Shown: positions 18,963-27,578 of the stretch, piece by piece
How positions within the stretch are numbered: the first letter of the stretch is position 1
How the letters are laid out: every line of letters begins with the position of its first letter
The notes under the pieces: generated by a model
Database searches by the model: none
Told to the model about the DNA's origin: nothing
What the model saw: the letters and a program-made list of their open reading frames with translations, nothing else
Position numbers and translations under genes: made by a program
Source of the DNA: an uncultured bacterium
GTDB taxonomy: Bacteria; UBP7; UBA6624
Assembly (NCBI GenBank): GCA_964012435.1
Contig: CAXGSM010000004.1
Span: 453-64,452, forward strand
Length of the DNA: 64,000 bases
Reading direction: 5' to 3'

Positions 18963-19955
18963 ATGATTGAATTTGAACCAATAAAAATAAATTTAGTTGA
19001 AGAAAGCGAAGATGCTTCTTCTGCTGTAGTTGAATTGTGGCCTTTAGTTAGAGGCTGGGGAGAGACTGTAGGTACGGCATATCGTAGGGTTTTAATGTCA
19101 AGTGTGTCAGGAACATCTGCGACTTTTATCTATTTTAAAGATTGTGAACATAAGAAAAAATCTTTTCATGTTTATCATGAATATCAAAATCTGCCTGGTG
19201 TTAGAGAGGCAGTGATTGAGATAACTCAAAACATCAGAGCTGCAAGTTTTGTGCTTGATGAAGAGACTGAAATGGTTACAGTTGAATTAACAGCAAGTAA
19301 GCCAGGACCTGTAACTGCTGGAATGATATCTGCTCATCCAGGTTTTAAAGTTGTAAACCCTGATGAGGTTTTGTTTCACTTGGAAGAGGAAACCAATATT
19401 ACGTTAAAGATTGGAATGAAGAAAAATCGTGGCTTCATCCCTGCTACACAATTGAGACCTTCTGACGTTAGCAAGGATTGGAAATCAAGGTCAAGTTTTC
19501 CTGCTGGTGTTATTCGTATTGATTGTTCTCACAGCCCAGTTATCAATGTTTTTCCTGAAACTGTTCAGGAGAGAGTTGGTGAAGACGGTTCCTATCAAAG
19601 GTTGAGACTTTCTATGTCTGTTAAAGATGGTTATAGGTGCGAAGATGCTTTTAAAGAGGCGACAGAGATGTTAAAAACTCATTTTGAAAGAATATCATTT
19701 GATGATTGGCATGTTGATTTTGATCTTTATTCCAAAAAGGATGAAGATGAGGTTAAAACATTTAGACCTCTGTCTGAGCTTGGTTTGAGGCCAAGGACTG
19801 AAAATGCTTTAAGAAACAATGGTATTGACACCATAGATAGCTTAGAGATGGTGACAAGAAAAGGTTTGAAATCTTTAAGCAGGGTAGGAGAAGTTGCCCA
19901 GAGAGAGGTTTTAGACAAGATGGCAAAAGTAGGATTAAGTTTAAGGGAAGAGTAA
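18963..19955 (+). CDS. rpoA: DNA-directed RNA polymerase alpha subunit (divergent)
   Basis: 330 aa. LVRGWGETVGTAYRRVLMSS corresponds to E. coli [20 protein letters not shown]. The C-terminal helix-hairpin-helix domain is LGLRPRTENALRNNGIDTIDSL. Conserved position between rpsK and rplQ. Confidence 0.9.
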   Translation: MIEFEPIKINLVEESEDASSAVVELWPLVRGWGETVGTAYRRVLMSSVSGTSATFIYFKDCEHKKKSFHVYHEYQNLPGVREAVIEITQNIRAASFVLDEETEMVTVELTASKPGPVTAGMISAHPGFKVVNPDEVLFHLEEETNITLKIGMKKNRGFIPATQLRPSDVSKDWKSRSSFPAGVIRIDCSHSPVINVFPETVQERVGEDGSYQRLRLSMSVKDGYRCEDAFKEATEMLKTHFERISFDDWHVDFDLYSKKDEDEVKTFRPLSELGLRPRTENALRNNGIDTIDSLEMVTRKGLKSLSRVGEVAQREVLDKMAKVGLSLREE

Positions 19956-19956
19956 G

Positions 19957-20403
19957 ATGAGACATTTGTTACACAAGAGAAAGTTAGGGTTTGGAAAAAA
20001 CAGATCAAAAGGCGCACGTAATGCTCTTTTAAGAAATTTTGCGGCATCTTTAATTCTTGATGGGAAAATTGAAACAACTTTTGCAAAGGCAAAAGTAATT
20101 AATTCTTACGTTGACTCAATTGCATCGAGAGCAAAAAAATCAAATGATAAAAATAATATAAGATATATTTTGAGAAAATTACCTTCAGGTCAGCTTGGTG
20201 AAAAAGCTTCAAGAAAATTGTTCTCTATCGTTTCTAAACTTTCAAGATCTACAGGTTTCTTTAGGGTTATAAAAACTCAAACAAGATTAGGTGATTCTTC
20301 TCAGATGGCTATAGTCTCATGGGTAGATGATATTGACCAGGATATTAGTGCATCAGATTCAGAATCAGCAAAAAAAGAAGAGGTGAACGATAATGATAAA
20401 TAA
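19957..20403 (+). CDS. rplQ: 50S ribosomal protein L17 with acidic C-terminal tail
   Basis: MRHLLHKRKLGFGKNRSKGARNALLRNFAASLI. The tail is DDIDQDISASDSESAKKEEVNDNDK. Confidence 0.94.
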   Translation: MRHLLHKRKLGFGKNRSKGARNALLRNFAASLILDGKIETTFAKAKVINSYVDSIASRAKKSNDKNNIRYILRKLPSGQLGEKASRKLFSIVSKLSRSTGFFRVIKTQTRLGDSSQMAIVSWVDDIDQDISASDSESAKKEEVNDNDK

Positions 20404-20836
20404 AGGAACCAAGACATCTCATCTAAAAGTTGAGGAAGAAAGACAGTGGTTCATCTTGAATGTGGATAATAAAATTTTAGGTAGGGCGGCTACAAAGATA
20501 GCAGCATTGCTTATCGGCTCTGAAAAAAAAGACAGATCTCCCCATATAGACAATGGCTCTTTCGTTGTAGTCTTGAATGCTAAGAAAGTTGCTCTTACGG
20601 GAAGCAAAGAAGAAGATAAAGTTTATTACAGGCATTCAGGAACGCCTGGAGGACTTAAGACGGAATCAGTTTCATCTTTAAGAAAAAGAAAACCTCAGGA
20701 CTTAATAAGAAATGCAGTTAATGGAATGTTGCCAAAATCTGTTAACCGTAAGGAAAGATTAGCAAGATTGAAGGTTTATGCTGATGATGTGCATCCGCAT
20801 AAGGCTCAAAAACCACAGGAGGTTAATTTATCATGA
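20393..20836 (+). CDS. rplM: 50S ribosomal protein L13
   Basis: WFILNVDNKILGRAATKIA, YYRHSGTPGG and AVNGMLP. Confidence 0.95.
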   Translation: MINKGTKTSHLKVEEERQWFILNVDNKILGRAATKIAALLIGSEKKDRSPHIDNGSFVVVLNAKKVALTGSKEEDKVYYRHSGTPGGLKTESVSSLRKRKPQDLIRNAVNGMLPKSVNRKERLARLKVYADDVHPHKAQKPQEVNLS

Positions 20837-21237
20837 GTAGGGTTTATTCCGCTGTTGGTAGAAGAAAAAGTTCTGTAGCTGTAGCTGTTTTGAGGGATGG
20901 TGTTGGTAGAGAGGGTTTAAGGGTCAATGGAAAACCTCTTGAAAAATACTTTACAAGAAAAGAGTTACAAGAAGAAATGTTGAAACCTTTAAAGATAGCA
21001 CAAGAAAAATATGCAGAAGGGGAGTTGGCTATTTCAATAACTGTGAAAGGCGGGGGTCAAAGAGGTCAGTCTGGAGCTTCAAAATTGGCTATTGCTAGAG
21101 TTTTATGTGAAGTTGACCCTAGCTTGAGAACAACATTAAGAGATTCCGGATGCTTAACAAGAGATTCTCGATCAAAAGAAAGAAAGAAATATGGCTTGAA
21201 GAAAGCTAGAAAAGCACCTCAATTCTCTAAACGTTAG
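20833..21237 (+). CDS. rpsI: 30S ribosomal protein S9
   Basis: GRRKSSVA, GGGQRGQSGA, and C-terminal RDSRSKERKKYGLKKARKAPQFSKR. Confidence 0.96.
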   Translation: MSRVYSAVGRRKSSVAVAVLRDGVGREGLRVNGKPLEKYFTRKELQEEMLKPLKIAQEKYAEGELAISITVKGGGQRGQSGASKLAIARVLCEVDPSLRTTLRDSGCLTRDSRSKERKKYGLKKARKAPQFSKR

Positions 21238-21260
21238 AGGATTTGTTGTAAACTTTATAT

Positions 21261-22013
21261 ATGCTGTTTAAAACTATCGTTGAAACGTTGTTTATGACAG
21301 TTCTTTTTTATACCGTTTTACGACCATTAAGAAGTAAAAAGTTTTTAAGGATTGCTTGGTCCATTATTGCTGTTTTTCTTCTTGCTAGAGCCCTGGAGGC
21401 AATGGGGTTTTTAGCTATATCATGGATTGTAGAGAGGGCTGGCATGCTTCTTCCAATTCTTTTTGTAGTTTTGTTTCAAACCGAAATAAGAAGAAGCTTG
21501 GAAGGCATATCTGTTAAAGGTTGGTTTAAAGGTTCAGTTTTGGGAAACCCTGAGGATGCTGGTGCCTTAGTGTCGACAGTCATGGGCTCTTTAAGAGAAT
21601 TTAAAAGAAGTAGATTAGGAGCTTTGATTATTTTTGAAGGCAGTGACAGGCTTGAAAATATATTAGGTGAACTTGGTGGAGTTGAGCTTGATTCAAAAGT
21701 CACCGTAGGCCTTCTCAAATCTATATTCCAAACACAAAGCCCATTGCATGATGGGGCTGTTGTCATCAGGTCAGGAAGAGTCAGAAGGGCTCAAGTGATT
21801 ATTCCACTACCTCCAGGAGGGGCTGAATATAAAGGTTATGGGACAAGGCATAGAGCTGCACAAAGTGCTACTGGTGGAACAGGAGCATTGTCAATTGTTG
21901 TTTCAGAAGAAAATCAATCAGTTTCACTTTCAGAGGGTGGACAATTAAAACAAAATTTAAGTTTTGAAATGATTGAAGAGGAGTTAACTAGGTTTATCGA
22001 GAGGACAATATGA
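21261..22013 (+). CDS. cdaA: Diadenylate cyclase CdaA (membrane-anchored DAC domain)
   Basis: Three N-terminal hydrophobic helices precede the DAC motifs HDGAVVI and GTRHRAA..VVSEE. Confidence 0.9.
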   Translation: MLFKTIVETLFMTVLFYTVLRPLRSKKFLRIAWSIIAVFLLARALEAMGFLAISWIVERAGMLLPILFVVLFQTEIRRSLEGISVKGWFKGSVLGNPEDAGALVSTVMGSLREFKRSRLGALIIFEGSDRLENILGELGGVELDSKVTVGLLKSIFQTQSPLHDGAVVIRSGRVRRAQVIIPLPPGGAEYKGYGTRHRAAQSATGGTGALSIVVSEENQSVSLSEGGQLKQNLSFEMIEEELTRFIERTI

Positions 22014-23227
22014 AGATTCCCAAATTAAAATGGCTTCCAAAAGATTCAAACGAATGGTCTTTGTTTATTTTGTGCTTTATTCTTGCAGTGCTTCTTGAGG
22101 TTCAGGTAGTTACCGGTAACCCAAGTGCAAGAGAAACTTTTGTTTTTGAGGCAGTCCCTGTTAATCTTCCTTCAGAATATAAAGTTGATCGAAGAGACTT
22201 GGAGTTTGAAATAGAGTTATCTGGTGGCAGGACAAGGCTTAACAATCTTCTTCTTGACACAGTGGATGTAGAGGCTAGATTTGATAAATACCCTGAAGGC
22301 AGTGGACTTGCGGAAGCGACAATTTTAGTTAGACCTCCAAAAGGTCAAGGTATAAAGCATGTAGGTGGTTCAAAAAAAGTCAGTATACAGGTTGAAAAAT
22401 GGCTTGAAAGCGAAATTTTAGTAGATGTTTACAAAAGAGGGGAGGCTCCTAATGGGGTCCAGATAGTTGATTGGCAATTAGATCCAGATTTTATTGTTGT
22501 AAGCGGGCCTTTAGACCTTATGGATAATTTGAAAAATATAGAAGTTGAGCTTAATCTAGGTACGATTGTTGAATCTGAAAGTAAAAATTTAAAACCTGTC
22601 GCGAGAGATGCAAATGGACGTCTTATACAGGGTTTAACTTTTAAACCAGAAGAAATCAGAGTTGAAGTTGTTGCACAGACCGTTAGAGACAAGAGGGTTG
22701 TTTCGATTCAGCCTGACTTTAGCGGACAGCTTGAAAGCGGATTTTTTATAAGTTCAATTGCAATAGATCCATCAACCATAATTATTGAAGGTCCTGTAAA
22801 AATTATTAGAAATTTAAATTCAGTTTTGACAAATCCGATTTCTTTAGATGGAAGAAGTGAAACGTTTGAATTAATGATTGATGTTTTTTCTCCAGCTGAA
22901 ACAACATCAAACCCTAAAAAAGTTAATGTTGCAGTCGAGGTATCCCAGATAATTAGTGATTTAGAAATATCGTCACTTATTCCCGTAAAGGTAATAGGCG
23001 GAGGTTATATTGCCTCTCCTTCAAGTATCAGTTTAGTAATAAGAGGCCCAGTTAATCAGATAGCAAAATGGATAGGAAGAGAAGCAGATCTTTTGGATTC
23101 AATCCATGTCGAAGTCAGTGCTTGTAACGGTGTTGATTCGTGTGAAAGAGAGATAGTTGTGGCCCTTCCATCTGGACTTGCAACAAAAACTATCAGCCCT
23201 AAGTATGTAACTCTAAAAAAGAAGTAG
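22010..23227 (+). CDS. cdaR: YbbR-domain protein (CdaR-like regulator of CdaA)
   Basis: 405 aa. N-terminal TM segment and repetitive beta-rich modules (..DPSTIIIEGP.., ..PDFIVVSGP..) typical of YbbR repeats. ATGA-coupled to cdaA, as in canonical cdaA-cdaR operons. Confidence 0.75.
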   Translation: MKIPKLKWLPKDSNEWSLFILCFILAVLLEVQVVTGNPSARETFVFEAVPVNLPSEYKVDRRDLEFEIELSGGRTRLNNLLLDTVDVEARFDKYPEGSGLAEATILVRPPKGQGIKHVGGSKKVSIQVEKWLESEILVDVYKRGEAPNGVQIVDWQLDPDFIVVSGPLDLMDNLKNIEVELNLGTIVESESKNLKPVARDANGRLIQGLTFKPEEIRVEVVAQTVRDKRVVSIQPDFSGQLESGFFISSIAIDPSTIIIEGPVKIIRNLNSVLTNPISLDGRSETFELMIDVFSPAETTSNPKKVNVAVEVSQIISDLEISSLIPVKVIGGGYIASPSSISLVIRGPVNQIAKWIGREADLLDSIHVEVSACNGVDSCEREIVVALPSGLATKTISPKYVTLKKK

Positions 23228-23230
23228 CTT

Positions 23231-23593
23231 ATGTCAGGGGTTTTTGGAGTAGGCGTTGATTTGGTTTACGAAAAGGAGATTATTCATTGGCTTGATTGGA
23301 GTGAAGAAAGGCTAAAAAAAACTTTACATTCAAAAGAATTAGAAGACATGAAGTCTTCAAAATGGTCAGCAGAAAAATTAGCTTCTAGAATAGCTGCCAA
23401 AGAAGCATTTTATAAAGCTTCTGGGATTTCGTTTAAACCAAATGAATTAGGTGTTTTAAATAACTCAAAAGGAAAGCCGTTTTTTTATTTTTCAGAAAAA
23501 ATTAAATTAAAAATCAAGGATAAAAAAAGTCATTTATCACTTTCTCATAGTTCAGGTTGTTCAATTGCATTTGTGGTGATTGAAAATGGTTGA
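23231..23593 (+). CDS. acpS: Holo-[acyl-carrier-protein] synthase (4'-phosphopantetheinyl transferase)
   Basis: 120 aa. GVGVDLVYEKEI, RIAAKEAFYKA and LSLSHSSGCSIAFVVIE. Confidence 0.88.
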   Translation: MSGVFGVGVDLVYEKEIIHWLDWSEERLKKTLHSKELEDMKSSKWSAEKLASRIAAKEAFYKASGISFKPNELGVLNNSKGKPFFYFSEKIKLKIKDKKSHLSLSHSSGCSIAFVVIENG

Positions 23594-24569
23594 TATTGTG
23601 ATTCCAAGCATGCTGGGAGGGGAGAATCTTAATCTATTGGTTTCTCAGCTTGCCAGCCAGGGCTTTGACAAGGATAAGATTTTCATAGTGAAAGACGGAT
23701 ATCATCCTTTATGGAAAGATGTTTCTTCATCTTTGAATGTTGTTCAAACAAAAAAAAGGCTGGGCTTTGCAGGGGCTTGTGATTTTGGAATAAGAAACAG
23801 CAACTCTGACCATGTTCTTCTGCTAAATGATGATTTGAGTATTTCTGAAGGTTTTTTTGATTCATTAAATAAATACAAAGACTTTGAACCTTTTGTTGGT
23901 TTTAGGATACTAAACAAAAAGGGTACTCATATCGAGTTTGATGGTGGAGGGATGAATGTTTTTGGATATGGGCTTTCTTTAAGTTGCGGAAAAAAAATAT
24001 ATTCAAAAGATAATTCAGAAACTTTGTTTGCATGCGGGGCATGTTCTTTAATGAATCGAAAGTTTTACCAAAAAGTCGGTGGTTTTTGTACTGACTTTTT
24101 TTGTTATTTTGAAGATACAGAATTTGGATGGAGGGCAAATAGGCTTGGGCTTAAAACTTTTTTTGTCAGAGACAAGGGTCTTTCAGTGTGTCATGCAGGC
24201 CAACATACAAGTGGAAGAGAGTCTGGATTTAGGGAAAGAATGATGGAAAGAAACAGCTTTTTAGCCTTATTGTTAAATATACCATCTAACACTCTTTCCG
24301 AATATCTAGCTTTGGCTTGGAGGTTTTCTAAGGTACGAGAGTCTGAATCTCAAAAAATAGGTTTTAAAGAAATTCAAAATGGTTGTTGGCATTCGAGAAG
24401 AAATATTGCTCGTTATGTTGAAAAAATATCAACATTAAGAAGTCTTTCAGATTTAAATCAATATTCATTTAAAAAAACTAGACACTTGCTTGAGGATCCA
24501 ACTAATCCAGCTTTTCCAAAAATGATTTCTAAAAAGTTATTAGAGCGAGTTTATCAGTTATGGTTTTGA
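23586..24569 (+). CDS. Glycosyltransferase family 2
   Basis: VDIVIPS N-terminus and LLLNDD (DxD-like) indicate a GT-A fold family. ATG 23586 overlaps acpS by 8 nt; the track used TTG 23580. Confidence 0.75.
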   Translation: MVDIVIPSMLGGENLNLLVSQLASQGFDKDKIFIVKDGYHPLWKDVSSSLNVVQTKKRLGFAGACDFGIRNSNSDHVLLLNDDLSISEGFFDSLNKYKDFEPFVGFRILNKKGTHIEFDGGGMNVFGYGLSLSCGKKIYSKDNSETLFACGACSLMNRKFYQKVGGFCTDFFCYFEDTEFGWRANRLGLKTFFVRDKGLSVCHAGQHTSGRESGFRERMMERNSFLALLLNIPSNTLSEYLALAWRFSKVRESESQKIGFKEIQNGCWHSRRNIARYVEKISTLRSLSDLNQYSFKKTRHLLEDPTNPAFPKMISKKLLERVYQLWF

Positions 24570-25567
24570 AGGCGGAAAGTAGAAGGCAATTGCAGTTATC
24601 TGAATTGTTGAATGATGATTCTCTTGTTATCGGTCCTCCTGATTTGTTAATGTCAAATAAAGAAATATGGAATGGCAAGCCCTGGATTGTTGATTTCCTA
24701 ACGCCAATTTGTCAAGAAAATTATTACAGATTTCCAAATGACCGCTATGTCGAGGAAAGTAGTGCACTGCAGGAAAAAATCGCCCTTCTTCTTGGTGCGC
24801 ATTTTATTTTTGCACATGATATGCAGTTTGAATTAAGGAAAAAAATGTATCCAGATATTGTTGATGATTTTTCAAAAAAGAATTTTTCTTTAATTCCTCC
24901 AATGCCAGCAACTATACCTTTTTCATCAAAACAAAATTTTTATTTAATTTGGGGTGGTGGTGGTTGGGATTGGCTTGATCCCGGAACTTTTGTTGAGGCT
25001 ATGAATATTGCTAATACAGCATATAAAGGTGTTATTTTTTCAGATAGATATAGTGGTGCTTTTTTTAAAAACAAAGCCATGAAAGGTTTAAATTCCTCAA
25101 AAGTAGAAATAAATACCTTTACAGATAGGAAAAAATATACAGAATATGTAAATAATGCACTTGTTTGGATATCCCTGCATGATAAAGAAAGCATTGAAGC
25201 ACCTATTGCGTATAGAACACGCTTGTTAGATGCAATGAATTACTACAAGCCTGTTATTGTTACAAAAGGAGAATATCTAGGAGATTTCATTGTTGAGAAC
25301 GGTGGAGGCTGGTTTGTTGATCATCAAGATCCAGAACATCTAGCTTCAATTATCGAAAAGCTAAAGCCTGCCGAGGTTAAAAAAAGGGGATTAGTTGCAA
25401 ATGCTCTTTTGAAAAAAGTGAAATATCAAAATTTAAAAAGCAATATCGCTGTTGCAAAACCATCAATCTCTAAAGCCAGGGAGCTCTATTCAAGATTAAA
25501 AAAATCCAGATCAACTTTAAATAGTTTTTACTGGAGGTTTAAGAGTAAAATCTTAGGACAAAGATAG
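24560..25567 (+). CDS. Hypothetical protein, possible GT-B (GT1/GT4-like) glycosyltransferase
   Basis: 335 aa. ESIEAPIAYRTRLLDAMNYYKPVIVTKG resembles the E..(x7)E / G.PvI block of GT1-family C-terminal domains. Weak call made by eye only. Confidence 0.4.
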   Translation: MVLKAESRRQLQLSELLNDDSLVIGPPDLLMSNKEIWNGKPWIVDFLTPICQENYYRFPNDRYVEESSALQEKIALLLGAHFIFAHDMQFELRKKMYPDIVDDFSKKNFSLIPPMPATIPFSSKQNFYLIWGGGGWDWLDPGTFVEAMNIANTAYKGVIFSDRYSGAFFKNKAMKGLNSSKVEINTFTDRKKYTEYVNNALVWISLHDKESIEAPIAYRTRLLDAMNYYKPVIVTKGEYLGDFIVENGGGWFVDHQDPEHLASIIEKLKPAEVKKRGLVANALLKKVKYQNLKSNIAVAKPSISKARELYSRLKKSRSTLNSFYWRFKSKILGQR

Positions 25568-25593
25568 ATTTGGAATCATCTTTGTTTTTTTAT

Positions 25594-26403
25594 ATGGATT
25601 ATCAAAAATTATCACTAGATATTAGCTCTTGGATTAAAAGCTATTGTTCTGATAACGATATTCAATCTTTGATTGTGGGGGTTTCTGGCGGTGTTGATTC
25701 GGCGGTTGCTTCTACCTTGGCTGCATTAACAGGTTTGCCAACTTACGCATTGTCAATTCCAATCAGGCAAAACGACAAACAGCTATCATTAGCAAAAATT
25801 CACCTTGAATGGCTTTCTAAAAAATATTCAAATATTCAAACGATGGAGTTTAATCTGACTACTCCATTCGAATCTTTTGTTGCCTCTTTGGAATCTGGAT
25901 TGGTAGAAAAATTTTCAAACCAGCATGCTGAGGCCAACACAAGATCTAGATTAAGAATGACGTGTCTTTACCATATTGCTGCAGTTAAAAATGGTATTGT
26001 TGTTGGAACAGGAAATAAAGTCGAAGATTACGGTATTGGTTTTTATACAAAATATGGAGATGGTGGAGTTGACATTGCACCCATTGCAGATCTTTATAAA
26101 TCTGAAGTATGGGAGCTTGCGCAATTTTTTGGCATCAACAAATCCATAATCAATGCACCTCCAACTGATGGCTTATGGGATGATTTAAGAACTGACGAGG
26201 AGCAAATAGGAGCATCCTATAAAGATCTTGAATGGGTTATGAAAAGAGGTTTGAAAAAATACAAAGATAACAAAAAATCTCTTAACACAAAAGAGATTAA
26301 ACTTGTTGAAAGATATCTTGATTTCAATTTGAAAAATACACATAAAATGAAAAATATACCAACTTACAAAAAGAAAGGTATTTTTAAGGGGAAAAATTCA
26401 TGA
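25594..26403 (+). CDS. nadE: NH3-dependent NAD+ synthetase
   Basis: PP-loop GVSGGVDSAV and GTGNKVEDYGIGFYTKYGDGG. ATG 25594 preferred over the track's TTG 25570. Confidence 0.92.
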   Translation: MDYQKLSLDISSWIKSYCSDNDIQSLIVGVSGGVDSAVASTLAALTGLPTYALSIPIRQNDKQLSLAKIHLEWLSKKYSNIQTMEFNLTTPFESFVASLESGLVEKFSNQHAEANTRSRLRMTCLYHIAAVKNGIVVGTGNKVEDYGIGFYTKYGDGGVDIAPIADLYKSEVWELAQFFGINKSIINAPPTDGLWDDLRTDEEQIGASYKDLEWVMKRGLKKYKDNKKSLNTKEIKLVERYLDFNLKNTHKMKNIPTYKKKGIFKGKNS

Positions 26404-27578
26404 AAATAGATTTTTTATCAGAAGCTAAAAAGATAGAGGAGTGGGTTGTTGCAATTAGACGAGAGATTCATAGGCATCCTGAAATAATGTATGAGGAGTT
26501 TAAAACCAGTCAATTGATAAGAGAGAAGTTAGATGAGCTTGGTGTCGAATACCAGCATCCGATTGCAAAAACTGGCGTTTTGGCTCAGGTTGGTACAGGT
26601 GAAGAACCATGTGTTGCCTTGAGGGCAGACATGGATGCACTGCCAATCCATGAAGAAAATGATCTTGATTTTAAAAGCACTATTGATGGCAAAATGCATG
26701 CTTGCGGTCATGATTGTCATGTTGCAATGCTTCTAGGGGCAGTTAAGATTTTTAAAAAACATGAGAAAGAGATAAAAGGAACAGTTAAGTTTTTATTCCA
26801 GCCTGCAGAAGAAGGTGGAGCAGGTGGATTAAAAATGAGAGAGCAAGGTGCATTAGAGAATCCAAAGGTCAGCAAGATATTCGGATTGCACGTTTGGCCA
26901 ACTTTGCCAACAGGATCGATAGGGTCTAGGCCAGGAACATTTCTTGCATCTGCGGGTTTTTTTGAAATTGAAATAAAAGGAAAAGGCGGGCATGCGGCAA
27001 TGCCTCATTTTTCAATAGATCCAATTACAACAACATCACAAATAATTTCTTCTTTACAAAACATAATAAGCAGAGAAACAGATCCTTTAGAGCCAGCTGT
27101 TTTAAGTGTAACTTATGTTAATGGAGGTGATGCACATAATGTTATTCCTGAACATATACGTTTTGGGGGCACTATAAGGTCCCTGACAATGGAAGGTCAG
27201 ATGAGGATTCAGAAAAGACTTAAAGAGATAGTTGAAGGTGTGTCAGCATCGAATGGATGTGATTCAGAGGTTCTTTTTCCAGGCAAGGTGTATCCTCCAA
27301 CTGTAAATGATCCAAAATGTTGGCAAAATGTTAGAAATTATGCTAAAGGTATTTTTGGAAACAATATTGTAGAAATGGAGCCCGTCATGGGTGGTGAGGA
27401 TTTTGCTTATTACACGGAAGCTTGTTCGGGTTGTTTTATTGCGCTCGGCATCGGTAATGAGGAAAAAGGAACAACTGTAAGCGTGCATAACCCAAACTTT
27501 AAAGTTGATGAAGACGCTTTGCATCTTGGTGTAGCATTGCATATCATGATGGCCGCAGAGGCTTTGGATGAATTTTGA
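26400..27578 (+). CDS. M20D-family amidohydrolase (N-acyl-L-amino-acid / ILR1-like hydrolase)
   Basis: IHRHPEIMYEEF, RADMDALP, HACGHDCH, FQPAEEGGAGG and GGEDFAYY. Confidence 0.88.
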   Translation: MKIDFLSEAKKIEEWVVAIRREIHRHPEIMYEEFKTSQLIREKLDELGVEYQHPIAKTGVLAQVGTGEEPCVALRADMDALPIHEENDLDFKSTIDGKMHACGHDCHVAMLLGAVKIFKKHEKEIKGTVKFLFQPAEEGGAGGLKMREQGALENPKVSKIFGLHVWPTLPTGSIGSRPGTFLASAGFFEIEIKGKGGHAAMPHFSIDPITTTSQIISSLQNIISRETDPLEPAVLSVTYVNGGDAHNVIPEHIRFGGTIRSLTMEGQMRIQKRLKEIVEGVSASNGCDSEVLFPGKVYPPTVNDPKCWQNVRNYAKGIFGNNIVEMEPVMGGEDFAYYTEACSGCFIALGIGNEEKGTTVSVHNPNFKVDEDALHLGVALHIMMAAEALDEF

